A DNA stretch of 64,000 bases from a virus (lineage: Duplodnaviria > Caudoviricetes), in the IMG/VR virus record IMGVR_UViG_2695420965_000002, positions 444 to 64,443 of that record; one strand, 5' to 3'. Below are positions 45,552 through 56,704 of this stretch, in pieces. The translations under genes were made by a program, and so were the position numbers. The notes under the pieces were generated by a model. The model was not told where the DNA came from, searched no databases, and saw only the letters and a program-made list of their open reading frames with translations. Numbering within the stretch: the first letter of the stretch is position 1; every line of letters begins with the position of its first letter.

Positions 45552-46181
45552 ATGGATATCGTTGGCTCTGGAATGAGTGTCGGTATCGCCGCCGACGCCT
45601 ACGTGGATCGCGGGTTCGGCGAAGAGGTTCCTCAAGGAATCCATCTCGATTTCTCCAACTTAGCTCCCGCCAGCTTCTCGGTCGGCGGGTTCTTCGTCGT
45701 CGAGTGTATCGGCCCGGATGGCGAGCGGAAATGGATCGACGACCTAAAAAACGGCGTAACCGACTCGGGTATTGCCAGCGTACTCGGCGTTTACCTGCAA
45801 GCTCAGACCCAGATTACCGACTGGTATCTGCTTCTGATTGATAACGCTGGATGGACGGGATACAGCGCATCAGACACGATGGCGTCCCACGCCGGATGGT
45901 CTGAAGCTGGCGGTGCCAACTACAGCCAGTCTACTCGGCCGGCTTGGACTCCCGGAGCTCCTTCTGGTGGAGCTGTTGTCAACGCCAGCACCGTTGACTT
46001 CAGTATGACAAACTCGACGGCGTTGACGATCAAAGGCGTGGCTCTTTGCTCGAACAACACAAAGGGCGGTACCACTGGAACCCTCTTCGCTACCGCCTCG
46101 TTCTCAGGAGGAACGAAGTCGGTTAGCAGCGGCGACACGCTTAAAGTAACCTACACAGTTGGGGCCACATCGTCCTCGTGA
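45552..46181 (+). CDS. virion structural (tail) protein
   Basis: DTMASHAGWSE...GTLFATASF...GDTLKVTYT pattern common in phage tail proteins. Confidence 0.65.
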   Translation: MDIVGSGMSVGIAADAYVDRGFGEEVPQGIHLDFSNLAPASFSVGGFFVVECIGPDGERKWIDDLKNGVTDSGIASVLGVYLQAQTQITDWYLLLIDNAGWTGYSASDTMASHAGWSEAGGANYSQSTRPAWTPGAPSGGAVVNASTVDFSMTNSTALTIKGVALCSNNTKGGTTGTLFATASFSGGTKSVSSGDTLKVTYTVGATSSS

Positions 46182-46202
46182 CTCGTCCCAGGAACACCAG
46201 CA

Positions 46203-46236
46203 AGACGGAGATCCGATCGGGTTCTCCGTCTTTTTT
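46203..46236 (+). terminator. Rho-independent terminator
   Basis: aagacggag...ctccgtctt hairpin plus T run. Confidence 0.7.
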
Positions 46237-46250
46237 ATAGGACAACTGAG

Positions 46251-47228
46251 ATGGCTCAAGAGAACTACTCGAACCAACAGACTACTGTTCTTGTTGGAAA
46301 CATAAACGGTTCGACAACCTCGTTGACTGTGGCTTCATCTATAGGCTTCCCGACTTCCGGACAGTTTCGTGCGCTTATCGACGACGAACTTCTGCTTGTC
46401 ACGACTGTAAGCGGAGCGGTTTGGACAGTCGTGAGAGGCGTCGAAGGGACTACGGCCGCGAGCCATACGGATGGAGCCACAGTGAGTAACCCGCTCACTC
46501 GGGATGCCCTGCTTGGTTTGTCTCGCCAGTCGCTTAACGGGACTAACGTGTCGGCACGCCGTGAGCTGAATTTCGTTGACGGCGGCGGTGTTACCTGGAA
46601 TCTTAACGACGATCCCACAAATAAGAAGGTTGACGTGTCGGCCTTGATCGCCGGCCCCCCGATCTCAGCCCCGTTCGTCCGCCCTCGTGTCGCCGATTTT
46701 ACCTGGATTAATCAGGGTGCCGGGACCGCCGTAGACAATCCTAATGGAGTTTATCTGCGGACGCCGTTTGTTGGTCCAGGTGCCGTAGATATGCGCATCC
46801 TTGTCGTATCGGTTCCATCGCCGCCTTGGAAGGCGACCTTTCGACTTGCTACCTACGTCTTTGGTGGTAGTAGTTCAGCGGGTCCATGCTTCTGCAAATC
46901 TTCAAACGGTGCAGTTAGCGGGATCGCTACTCACTTCGATAACCCAGGCCAGTGGCGTGGCTACTATTGGGACACTTCCACAAGCTACTCGGGAACAAAC
47001 GATTATTTTCTCACTTATAACCCTGGGACTGTCGTAAACTGGTATCGGCTTGAGGACGACGGAACCAATCGTAATTATTATATTTCATTAGATGGATACA
47101 ATTTTCATCGAATCTTTTCGGTATCGCGCACGACGCATTTTACGGCCGACGCGGTTGGATTTTGGGCAGCTTGTGGGTCCAGCGGAGGAGATTGCGGCAT
47201 ACTTTGTTCCAGCTTTGAACTCACCTGA
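46251..47228 (+). CDS. tail fibre / receptor-binding protein
   Basis: IDDELLLVT...VRGVEGTTAASH N-terminal module; lower-GC lectin-like C-terminal domain. Confidence 0.65.
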   Translation: MAQENYSNQQTTVLVGNINGSTTSLTVASSIGFPTSGQFRALIDDELLLVTTVSGAVWTVVRGVEGTTAASHTDGATVSNPLTRDALLGLSRQSLNGTNVSARRELNFVDGGGVTWNLNDDPTNKKVDVSALIAGPPISAPFVRPRVADFTWINQGAGTAVDNPNGVYLRTPFVGPGAVDMRILVVSVPSPPWKATFRLATYVFGGSSSAGPCFCKSSNGAVSGIATHFDNPGQWRGYYWDTSTSYSGTNDYFLTYNPGTVVNWYRLEDDGTNRNYYISLDGYNFHRIFSVSRTTHFTADAVGFWAACGSSGGDCGILCSSFELT

Positions 47229-47244
47229 TGGAAGCGAGGATTAA

Positions 47245-48429
47245 ATGCCTTCCATTGGATCACTCGGCAAGCTGGGATCCTCGCTCGGAAAACTCCTATT
47301 AGGTGGCCACCCTGAAATCTTAGGCCCATCGTATATTTACGTATCCGCCTCAAGCTATTTTATTCTCGACGCCATCTCCTCGGAGCCTTCCGGGGTGTTT
47401 GCGAGTGCAGAGAACTCCATCGATCTCTTTGTTGGATCATCGGCTCGATGTGCATATAGGATCGCCTCGTCGAATTCTATGGCTCTCTCGTCCTCCCTGT
47501 CATACAACACAGAATTCAAATCGGTCGCAGGGAGTATCTTTAGCCTATATTCTCGCGCTCTCGCCCCAACAGTCTACCTTGTTGACGCAGCGTCATCTTT
47601 TGTTCTCGATATCCTTGGCGAGCAAGGCGTCTATCGCGTTTCCGCCGCCAATTTCTTAATGATTAGCCCGTCGATTATGGGGTCAGCCGACAGGTTTGCG
47701 TCGGCTTCAAACAGGGTCAACCTCAAGGCTCAGATTGCATTAGGCGGCGGATTCACTTATGCGGTTTCCGCGTTCAATAACGTTTCATTCAAGTCGACTG
47801 CGAGATCCCCGATGGAATACTTTGTCGCGGCTCGCAACTCGATCATTCTTGTGGGAACAACCGGCAGCTATACGAGTCCGATCCGGGTTTCGGCTTCCAA
47901 CAGCTTCGCCCTCTCAACGAACACATCGACGAAGGGGCCGATCTACGTTTCGGCGTCCAACTCATTCAAGCTCTTTGACACTCTGGCACTGAAACACCTA
48001 CACGTCTACCGAGTCTCCGCGGCGAACAGTTTCCGGATGTCGCCAGCCGCGTCGTGCCTCAATTACGCGATCCACAACGTATCAGCAGCGAGCAACTTCG
48101 CCTTGGGGTCGGCCGCCTCAAGTGTGCTGGAAATGAACGCTTCGGCGTCGAGCGGCTTCGTGATGGCGGCTACCTCTAGTCAAACAAGAGACGTTTACGC
48201 GGGAGCGGCTACGGCTTTCTCGCTCCAGTCGCTACCTGGATCGAACAACTTCTATCAGCTTGACGCTTCAAGTACCGCCGAGTTTTTCGCTTCGACCACG
48301 GCCATCACGACCGGAGAACTCGCAGAAAACCGTTTGGCCCTAGCAAGCTTCGCCTTCGCGAGCGTCGAATTCCCTTGGCGACGAACCACTTTGACCCTGC
48401 CTCCTGGTGGCGGTCTACCACACTCTTAA
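47245..48429 (+). CDS. Ser/Ala-rich repetitive tail protein
   Basis: recurring (Y/I)xVSAxNSFxL units about every 20 aa. Confidence 0.6.
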   Translation: MPSIGSLGKLGSSLGKLLLGGHPEILGPSYIYVSASSYFILDAISSEPSGVFASAENSIDLFVGSSARCAYRIASSNSMALSSSLSYNTEFKSVAGSIFSLYSRALAPTVYLVDAASSFVLDILGEQGVYRVSAANFLMISPSIMGSADRFASASNRVNLKAQIALGGGFTYAVSAFNNVSFKSTARSPMEYFVAARNSIILVGTTGSYTSPIRVSASNSFALSTNTSTKGPIYVSASNSFKLFDTLALKHLHVYRVSAANSFRMSPAASCLNYAIHNVSAASNFALGSAASSVLEMNASASSGFVMAATSSQTRDVYAGAATAFSLQSLPGSNNFYQLDASSTAEFFASTTAITTGELAENRLALASFAFASVEFPWRRTTLTLPPGGGLPHS

Positions 48430-48442
48430 GATGCGAGGCGAT

Positions 48443-50738
48443 CATGGCTGGTGAACGAGGACTCGGCGTTCAAACGGTGTTGGCGAACCGGATTTCGGGT
48501 AAATACCCGTTCTCCTACGCGGAGACCCCTGGTGGCCTCCTGTTGTTGGCAAACGGGATCGACCCGATGTTGGCCTGGAACGGCCTCTCGGTGCGTGCGG
48601 ATCCCGCTGGCGTTTCTTCTCCGGCGACCGCACTGGAACTAGGTGGAACCGGCTACGGGCTGATTACCGGCCGACTTATCGCCTACCAGCGGTTCATCGA
48701 CGCTCTCGGTAATGTCTCAGATCTCTCTCCTGTGTCGAACGCGATGGACGCAGGGGTAGACGGCTTGATTGAGGACGTTGACTACGACAGGTCTACTGGC
48801 GTCGTCACGATCAAGTCAAGCAACCACGGGCTCACCGGAACGGAGACCTTGCTGATCGCCGACGTCGAGGGGTTGTCGCTCGTCAACGGCTTAAGGACGG
48901 TTGTCGTTGCCGACAAAGACACTTTGACAGTCCAGTCTCTTACTGTTACGGACGGTATGTACGAACAGGGTGGGCATTGGACTCTTGGGGTCGCCACTGT
49001 GTTCTACGGAGCGGTGCCGATCCCAACCGAAGGCAAGGTTGTGCGGCGGCAGATCCTTCGTAACCTCGCCGGGAACGCCGACACTCTCTATGTGGACATC
49101 GACACGACCGACTTAGCATCTACCGTGTTCTCCTCGGCAACCCAGGACGAGGTTCTCTCTTCAGGCGAAGGCGTTCCGTTAAACTACGGCGAGAGCGATC
49201 TGCCATTCGCGAACAGTAACGGGTTGCCTCCAAGCCACAAGGCTGTGATCTGCTCGCACAAGGGCCGAATTTTTGCCGCGTCTGACGTAGATTATACGGA
49301 CGGGCACGTTGAGACTTCGTTCAACAACACCCATGTCGTTGGGGTCGGGACAAACTGGAGGTCTTGCTTCGCGGGTCGGCTGATCTACATCGGCGGGTCG
49401 ACCGTGTCCTATCAGATTGAATCGGTTGACGAGGAAACGCAGACGCTCGAATTGACCACGTTGTTCCAAGATGCTCCTCGGCCTTACGCGCTCTACTCGA
49501 TCAAGCCCGAACCCGGAGAGCGGCGACTCGTTTACTATTCCGAACCGGGCACTCCGGAGTCTTGGCCCGCCTATAACGCTTTCGCCATCCCCGAATGTAA
49601 CGATCAAATCACTGGCCTAGTCTCGCTCGGACAGTATCTCTACGTGATCGAGCGCCGGCACATCCACCGCTTCACCTTCCAGGCCGATCCCGCCGATGGT
49701 GTCGTGTTCCTGTCTGCGCAACGCGGCAGCCTCAATAATCGGACCTACGTCGCCACGGAAGTTGGCATGTTCTTTCTTGACGAGATCGGCATTCATAAGT
49801 TTGACGGGCAGGAAAGCGAGCCCATCTCGATGTCGATTCAGAACCTTTTCCAGAGCGACGGCACAACTACCGTCCAGGTGGATTGGGATTCGGATCAGTC
49901 CCTCTGGCATGCCGCCCACGACCCGGTTCGGGATACGATTCGCTGGTTCGTGACGATGTCCGGATTCGACTTGCCGTACCACGCGATCAGCTATAACTAC
50001 CGAACTGACCGATGGTGGATCGAGCAGTACCCAACGGCGATGACCGCCTCGACGAGCGCGACAATCGGGGCGCGGCGAAGCCTGGCTGGAACTGACGCTC
50101 GGCGGATCGTTTGCTTGTCGGAAGGCTCCTATGACGGGGTCTCCGGGACCGGCACTCTCCGGGGCAATCCGACATCAGCCACCGAGACGACCATTGTGGA
50201 CTCGTCCGCCGAATTCGAGGCCCTAGAAGGTGGACCGATCTCGATCGTGGAAGGTCTTGGCCGAGGCCAGCATCGAATCGTTGCTGCCAACACGGCCACC
50301 GAGATCGAGATTTCTCAGCCTTGGGACGTGGTTCCCGACGAGACTAGCGTCTATCAGATCGGCGGCGTGTCTTGGCAGTGGAGGTCTGGGTGGTTCCGCT
50401 ACATCGAGGACGAGGACGAAAAAAACCGAGACGTTGAAGTGGTATTCAGGCCCTTGATTGAACCTTCCACGCTGGACATCCAGCTTTACTTTGACCACTC
50501 TCTGATGCCGAATACCTGGGGCCGCACGATCAAGCAAGACGGTGTTCGGACGATCGAGGGCGAACCTTTTATTACCGTGGAGCTCAATGCGACCTATGGA
50601 TGGGCAAGACAGCGTCTCGCCGGGCACGGCGACGTCTATTCCTTCGGGTATCATTTTGTTGCGGTTGAGCTTTCAGGAGTCCAGAGCGGCGAGCCTGTTC
50701 GCGTGTCCCAAGTAGTGCTACTTGGGGTGGAGGTTTAA
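48443..50738 (+). CDS. probable tail nozzle / tubular protein B-like
   Basis: HKGRIF, VYYSEPGTPESWP, ITGLVSLG, FFLDEIGIHKFDG..SEPIS, WRSGW beta-propeller pattern. Confidence 0.65.
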
Positions 50739-50741
50739 TCG

Positions 50742-51599
50742 ATGTTCGAGCTTAATAATCCGCAAAGCCTTCTTCGCCCCTGGAAGAACCTCACGCAGTT
50801 CTCAGAAGAACTGTACGCGATGTTCACACGAAAAGGGCCAGATACCCAGCCGTCCGTTACGCCTGCGACGAAGTCGGAGCCGAACCAAGACTCGCTGAAG
50901 CCGGCGAACCGCACCGATAATCCTATTCCGGCCACGAGAACCACGCTCAGGGCAAGGCCAACGCCATTGCCGTCGGTACTGCCTACTGAGGCCACGAAAC
51001 CCGATCGGTCTTCCGGGCCAATTCGCCCAATGACACCGCCCCAAGAAAACGACTTAAACGGTCGAGTTGTCCCTCCCGTAACACTTTCTCATTCGACGCT
51101 TCCGGTTCAAGCGCCGCTTCCTCCACAGCCACCGCTCCCCAAGATGACGGACGTGGCGCAGCCATTGCCGCCGCAAGTAATCCCGGCACCTTACCAGTTC
51201 CTATCGCCGGTTCAGTTCCCTTCTCTAGCCGAGATTACTGGACCGGAGCCGCCGAAATTTCAACAGCCACCTCAGACTTATGATCCGATCAAACAGGAGA
51301 TTTACAAGCCTCCCGGATTCGAGATTCCGGATGCGCCTGACGCTCGGCCGATCGGCGGTGGCGGAACAACTGTTTTTATTGGAAAGGTTAAGTCCGGAAC
51401 AGGAAAAACTTATCAAGTAAACCTGTATCCAAATGGACCAAACGGCGATCCGCAGTCACCCTCTGTCTCTGTAGAAATACCAACGATTGATCCTGACGAG
51501 CAGATCGACCCAAATACGTGGTTGTTCGGGATCTTTCAGTTTTCTGACAGCGACGGCAACGATATTTATTTCGCTCAACCTACTGTTTGGATGGATTGA
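50742..51599 (+). CDS. Pro-rich hypothetical virion protein
   Basis: ORF in the operon. Confidence 0.6.
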   Translation: MFELNNPQSLLRPWKNLTQFSEELYAMFTRKGPDTQPSVTPATKSEPNQDSLKPANRTDNPIPATRTTLRARPTPLPSVLPTEATKPDRSSGPIRPMTPPQENDLNGRVVPPVTLSHSTLPVQAPLPPQPPLPKMTDVAQPLPPQVIPAPYQFLSPVQFPSLAEITGPEPPKFQQPPQTYDPIKQEIYKPPGFEIPDAPDARPIGGGGTTVFIGKVKSGTGKTYQVNLYPNGPNGDPQSPSVSVEIPTIDPDEQIDPNTWLFGIFQFSDSDGNDIYFAQPTVWMD

Positions 51600-51601
51600 A
51601 C

Positions 51602-52903
51602 ATGAGTGCAAATCGGAAGAATATGCTCCCCCGGATTGCGGGGGGTGACCCGCCTTGGGACGGTAACACGGCGACCGGGTTCCCGTTACGGCGGTCAGAC
51701 TTTCTCGAATCGCGCGTACGGACCTACTGGGGGCCCGGTCAAGATCCGAACGCCGCCCCTGGCTACGGGCTGCGGATGGGCGACGACGTCGAATGGCCAG
51801 GGCAACCAGGAACTATCCCAACCGAAGATATTGTCAGGCGTTATACGCCGCCGCGCGAATGGCCATTGGCTGGTACATTGCTGCGAGTTCCCCAGGTGGT
51901 TTGGCTGGGATACAGTCTTCCATACTGGAACAACGCCTATAACTTCACATTCCTGGAACGACGCTACGGTTTAGGGATTCACCGTTACGACAACGCTGGT
52001 TGCGGCTACGTCGTGACCGGCGAGGGCTACGGGCCGCACGGGGCCGCCCATCCCGAGGCGGCAGAGCGAGAACGACTGAAGGAGGCATTTGCGGCTGCGA
52101 AGAGTCACATCGAGTCGATCCGGGCGGGCCGAACGTGGGTTAAAGTCGTGGATTGGCTCGACACGGACAACACGGGGACCGGAGGGTACGTGATGTCCAG
52201 TAATTTCCCGCATCTCTCGGCGCCTACGCTCGGCTCGGGTCCGTTCGGAACGAACGCAGGATACCTCGGCAGCGATTTTTTACACATCTTTGCGGGGTCG
52301 ATTATCGAGGACACGGCCGGGTTCATCAGGTTGGTTAAATTTGCGTTCGGAGACCTCACATCCGACACGGCGCATCGCAATTCGGTGGAACGGGTCAAGG
52401 ACGCGATCCCGAAGTTTCGCGGCTACCGAGCGATGCTTTACTCGACAAATCTGGACGCGGTCAAGGAGATCGTTCCGGCCTACGAATTCACGTTCTCGGG
52501 CATCGTGATCCATAATCCGGGTGATCAGTATTGGGACGTCACTGAAGCGCCGTACCCCGACGACTTCAATTATTGCATCGTGAACATCGATGCCGTGCTT
52601 GACACATCCGCCAGTGGATCGGGTCCGCCAACGGTTCGCCAGTTGGCGGAGGCGCAGGCGGCAGGTCTCACAACCACTCGCAACAACGATATTAATGGGT
52701 ACATGGTCACGGATACGACAGTCCATTTCGCGGCCACATTGAGTTCGATGGAGCACTCGGTCTCCGCGTTTAATTGGTCGGGTTCCGATCCTAATCCGGT
52801 GAGTATAGAAGGGACGACTAGCGACCTTACTGCGGAGTCGCTGATTGCCTTGATCGCTGCTCATTATGGTTTCGATCCTGGTACTGGCCGCGATATTGGG
52901 TAG
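51602..52903 (+). CDS. hypothetical protein
   Basis: long ORF in the operon. Confidence 0.65.
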   Translation: MSANRKNMLPRIAGGDPPWDGNTATGFPLRRSDFLESRVRTYWGPGQDPNAAPGYGLRMGDDVEWPGQPGTIPTEDIVRRYTPPREWPLAGTLLRVPQVVWLGYSLPYWNNAYNFTFLERRYGLGIHRYDNAGCGYVVTGEGYGPHGAAHPEAAERERLKEAFAAAKSHIESIRAGRTWVKVVDWLDTDNTGTGGYVMSSNFPHLSAPTLGSGPFGTNAGYLGSDFLHIFAGSIIEDTAGFIRLVKFAFGDLTSDTAHRNSVERVKDAIPKFRGYRAMLYSTNLDAVKEIVPAYEFTFSGIVIHNPGDQYWDVTEAPYPDDFNYCIVNIDAVLDTSASGSGPPTVRQLAEAQAAGLTTTRNNDINGYMVTDTTVHFAATLSSMEHSVSAFNWSGSDPNPVSIEGTTSDLTAESLIALIAAHYGFDPGTGRDIG

Positions 52904-52937
52904 GCTCTTTTAAGGAACCCTTTTTGGAGGCGTACAA

Positions 52938-53780
52938 ATGGCGTCAGACGAACTGGCCGCAGCAATTTCAATAGCCCAAATCGAAGCTGCTTCTCGGTAT
53001 GCTGCGGCTTCTCAGGCGTCGACTACCGCCGCAAATGCGCAGGTCCAATCCTCTACTATACAAGCAACAGCACATACGACGGCGACGACAACCCAGGCGA
53101 ACGCCCAGATCGAGTCGGCGACAACGCAGGCCCAAGCTCAAACTGATTCGGCTAAGTCGGTTGCTGACGCACAGAGGGATGTCGCAACCACGCACGCTCA
53201 AGCCCAAACCGAGGTTGCCAACACACAGGCGAACGCCCAAACCGAGGTTGCCAACACACAGGCGAGTGCCCAGACTGAGTCAGCTAATACTCAAGCTCAA
53301 GCAACCGTGGAAGCGGCCAACAGCCACGCTCAGGCGACTGTTAACGCGGCGACTGTTCAAGCGGCCTCAAATACTGCTGCCGCTGCGGAACAAGCGGCAG
53401 CCCATGTTGCTGCCGCGCAAGCGCAAGCTAATGCGACAACTGCTGCCGCGTCGACTCAAGCAGCGGCCCAAACCTCGGTCGCGTCCACTCAGGCTTCCGC
53501 TGCGACCACGTCGGCTCAGATCGATGCGGGCGCCCGAACATCGGTCGCGTCCACTTCGGCGAATGCGACGATTTCTGCGGCCAGCATCGACTCGACGGCT
53601 CGCGTATCGGTGTCCGCGAACGACCTGGCTGGTGTCAAGTATAAGGCAGACAGGGATCTTGAGGGCCTCAAGTTTCATGAGTCTGCTGAGTCCGCCCGGC
53701 TCGCGACCAGGTTAGCGTTCGCCGAGTCGAAGTTTCAGGCGGTTCTCCCATTGATCCAGAGCATTATTAACAGCGTCTAA
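52938..53780 (+). CDS. Ala/Gln/Thr-rich 11-residue repeat protein (probable ejection/pilot protein)
   Basis: AQTEVANTQAN-type hendecad repeats. Confidence 0.65.
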   Translation: MASDELAAAISIAQIEAASRYAAASQASTTAANAQVQSSTIQATAHTTATTTQANAQIESATTQAQAQTDSAKSVADAQRDVATTHAQAQTEVANTQANAQTEVANTQASAQTESANTQAQATVEAANSHAQATVNAATVQAASNTAAAAEQAAAHVAAAQAQANATTAAASTQAAAQTSVASTQASAATTSAQIDAGARTSVASTSANATISAASIDSTARVSVSANDLAGVKYKADRDLEGLKFHESAESARLATRLAFAESKFQAVLPLIQSIINSV

Positions 53781-53794
53781 CGGAGGCGAGAGTC

Positions 53795-54274
53795 ATGGCT
53801 GCCGGAGACGTTAAGTCGCAAGGGATCGGGTTCGCCGCAACCGTTGGTCCGGTTGCGAATACAGTGGCGGCGACACGCCTTCCTTTTATCTCGACAGGAG
53901 GCGTCCTTAGTCCCGCTCAAATCCAGGAGCAGGTCAACGCGGCGGCTGCCAAGGGTGATGCCCGTGTGGCCTCTGAGATTCGCAAGTTGACTGGCGACAT
54001 GGCTGGCCGTGGGTTCTCGTCCAGTTCGCCGATTCTCGCGGCCCTTCGAGTAGGGCTTGCCGGCCAGAACTTGCGGGCCACGCTGACAGCCTCAAGCCAG
54101 ATCAAGATCGAGGCTGCAAAGGTGAATGCCGAAGCCGTGTATCAGGGTCAAAAGGCGGTTTCGGAACAGTTTATTCAGCAGGAGCAGGTCTTAAACGACG
54201 TCGAGCGGAATAACGTGACCCGCCAGGTTGGTGTTCTTAATGCGGTCTTCTCGATGGTCGGATCAGCCCTGTAA
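53795..54274 (+). CDS. probable ejection protein
   Basis: helical, MAGRGFSSSS motif; position. Confidence 0.55.
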   Translation: MAAGDVKSQGIGFAATVGPVANTVAATRLPFISTGGVLSPAQIQEQVNAAAAKGDARVASEIRKLTGDMAGRGFSSSSPILAALRVGLAGQNLRATLTASSQIKIEAAKVNAEAVYQGQKAVSEQFIQQEQVLNDVERNNVTRQVGVLNAVFSMVGSAL

Positions 54275-54286
54275 CGGAGCGCTTCG

Positions 54287-55765
54287 ATGGACCCCTTCAA
54301 GCCTAAGGCTCAGTCAAACGTTGACCTGATTGCAAACGACGTGAAGTCGGTTATGCCTAATATCCCTTCGGTTCCTTCGAGGAACGGCGGCATGAATGCC
54401 GCGATCGGCGGGTTCTTCGGAGGAGGTCCGACTGCTTCCGCTCCCAAGGTTGGAATCCAGACTCCAGTTGCTTCGACTGCGCCCGGAAGCGCTCCCAACC
54501 TGTTCCGCTCTGGCCCGGCCGGACAGCCAGGAATCGGAAGCATGTTCTCTGCGGCAGGCTCCGCGATTGGGTCCGCAGTGACGGCTGGAGCAAACGCGGT
54601 CAAGAGTCTCACTATGCCTGGCTCTGTATCGGCCTCTCCACAGGCAAAGACGGAATCAAGCCCTAGTGGATCCCAACTCCCGGATTGGGCGAGAGCAGAT
54701 GTGTCGCGGGGCGGCGGCGACCCAAGCAAGTTTGTCGTCGAAGGCGGTCAGCTTATGGGTGCTCGAACCCCGGCGCAACTCCGAGAGATCCAGAACACGC
54801 CCCCATTGCCTCCGGTTGGCGTTCGGCCTACGCAACCCGGCGACGGAACGCACGAAGGGGCACAACCGATTCGCGTCGAAGTCCCTGGATTTATGGGGGC
54901 TGGACAGCCGCAATCCGGGCAAAGCTCGATCGCCCCAAGCCCAACTTCAGCAACGTCCGCCCCGATCGGAGTCAACCCTTCGACAGCTACGTATCGCGGG
55001 GTCGGCAGTCCATCAATCAATACGCGACCAGGAGTTCAGCTTGATGGCCAGAGTCAACCTGGTGGCAACCGAGACTTGGCCAGGGAGACGCTTGTCGAAG
55101 GACTTCAGCATTATCGCAGATTAGCCAGGGACGCTAGAAATATGAACGGGAGAACCCTCATTGACGGGGTTCCCGCGAGCCAACTGGTTGGCAGTGACGC
55201 GGATTGGGCGAAAGCTCTTCAAGCTCATGACGAGAGTGTCGCTAAAGTCAATGCGACCGACCAAATCGGACAGCTTGATGCCCTTAACGCTGATCCGGAC
55301 CGACTGAGGGCCTTGGCGGTTTTGAAAAAAATCGACCCTTCGGTGGTCGACGCGATGAACGGAGGCAATCAGGAAGCCAATCTTGAGCCTGGGGTACAGG
55401 ACAACCTGTTTGATCGGGTAAATAGACTTGCGGCCACACCTGGAGTCCAAGACCCTAATCATCCTGCACGTGCCGATCTGCAAAACTGGATCAACGCCCA
55501 CTACAGCAACAAGAACAACAACTGGAATGAGGATACTTATATCCCGCCCGATCCCAATTCTTTTGTGGCTCCTTCGTTCTTAACTCGGCCTGCTGGCTTG
55601 GTTGCGGCGATGACTCAGGGGTTGTTTGATGCGGCGGGAACCGGACATTCCGCTGGCACCGGATTCGGATGGCCGCAGCACTTCAACGACCGGACGGCCC
55701 AACAGGGGTTGCTGGAGCAGTTCGGAATCAAGCCACCGCCTGGTTTTGAGTACAGCGGATACTGA
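54287..55765 (+). CDS. Gly/Pro/Ser-rich probable internal virion protein
   Basis: long ORF, position. Confidence 0.55.
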   Translation: MDPFKPKAQSNVDLIANDVKSVMPNIPSVPSRNGGMNAAIGGFFGGGPTASAPKVGIQTPVASTAPGSAPNLFRSGPAGQPGIGSMFSAAGSAIGSAVTAGANAVKSLTMPGSVSASPQAKTESSPSGSQLPDWARADVSRGGGDPSKFVVEGGQLMGARTPAQLREIQNTPPLPPVGVRPTQPGDGTHEGAQPIRVEVPGFMGAGQPQSGQSSIAPSPTSATSAPIGVNPSTATYRGVGSPSINTRPGVQLDGQSQPGGNRDLARETLVEGLQHYRRLARDARNMNGRTLIDGVPASQLVGSDADWAKALQAHDESVAKVNATDQIGQLDALNADPDRLRALAVLKKIDPSVVDAMNGGNQEANLEPGVQDNLFDRVNRLAATPGVQDPNHPARADLQNWINAHYSNKNNNWNEDTYIPPDPNSFVAPSFLTRPAGLVAAMTQGLFDAAGTGHSAGTGFGWPQHFNDRTAQQGLLEQFGIKPPPGFEYSGY

Positions 55766-55802
55766 TCCCTTTTTTTTGGTAGATAAGTGAGGAGTTGCAG
55801 TC

Positions 55803-56390
55803 ATGTTCCCACCTCAGAAATCATCCGGACCTCCGAAGCCGAAAGGCCCCAGCGGGCCTCCTGACCCGTTCAGAGGCGGCGGCACCCCTCCTCCTGGCCC
55901 TCCCGGCATGGGCGGACCTCCAGGAATGGACCCCTTTGGGGGGATGGGAGGCCCACCTCCAACGGGAATGATGTCTCCGGGTGGCCCCAAGCCAGGGCAA
56001 GGCATGGACCCGCAAGCCGCCATGATGACCGGGCTCGGGCCTGATCCGTTCGCCCAGCCACCGCCTCAGGGGCCGCCGGTTGGACCTGAGGGTCTTCCGG
56101 TCGGCGGTTCGATGCCATCGATGGACGGCGATCCCTCGATGGGTGACAGCGGCCTCCTTCAAGCCCTGCACTCTGCTCTGTCTGGCGGTGGCGACCCCTA
56201 CGGCGTGGCTCCCGGTGAGCCCGATCAAGGCTTCCAGGGCATGGGCACCGGCGACCCGAACATGGGTCTTCAGCAACTCCTCCAAATCCTCGCGCTCGGC
56301 CAGAACGGCGTGGGCGGTGGTCCTGGCGTCGGAAGTTCCGGGGTCGATCCCGACCCCTTCGGCGGCACGGGCATGATGGCTGGCCTTTAA
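55803..56390 (+). CDS. Gly/Pro/Met-rich disordered protein
   Basis: GAGGAG RBS; DPF/DPY/DPQ repeats. Confidence 0.6.
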   Translation: MFPPQKSSGPPKPKGPSGPPDPFRGGGTPPPGPPGMGGPPGMDPFGGMGGPPPTGMMSPGGPKPGQGMDPQAAMMTGLGPDPFAQPPPQGPPVGPEGLPVGGSMPSMDGDPSMGDSGLLQALHSALSGGGDPYGVAPGEPDQGFQGMGTGDPNMGLQQLLQILALGQNGVGGGPGVGSSGVDPDPFGGTGMMAGL

Positions 56391-56401
56391 GGACTCTCAC
56401 G

Positions 56402-56704
56402 ATGGCTCTCTCGTCACGACTCAGAAACCTGCTTGGCATCGCACTCGCGGATAAGGCTGGCGCGGTCGAACTGGTCACCGCGGTCGACGCAGCGGCGAAT
56501 GGAACACCGACCGCGCCCTCCGCAGCGGTCGCCGCTATCACTGTGACCGCAACCACGGGGGTTCTGCCCACGGCGAATGGAACAGTAACGGTCGCCGACG
56601 CGGCTACTCCAACGGTGGTCGAGCTACTCGATTACTGCACTGAACTGAAGGCGAAGGTCGCCGCGATCAACGCCGTTCTGTTGGCTCAGGGTCTGACGCA
56701 GTGA
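56402..56704 (+). CDS. small Ala/Thr-rich virion (head fibre-like) protein
   Basis: C-terminal ELKAKVAAINAVLLAQGL. Confidence 0.6.
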   Translation: MALSSRLRNLLGIALADKAGAVELVTAVDAAANGTPTAPSAAVAAITVTATTGVLPTANGTVTVADAATPTVVELLDYCTELKAKVAAINAVLLAQGLTQ

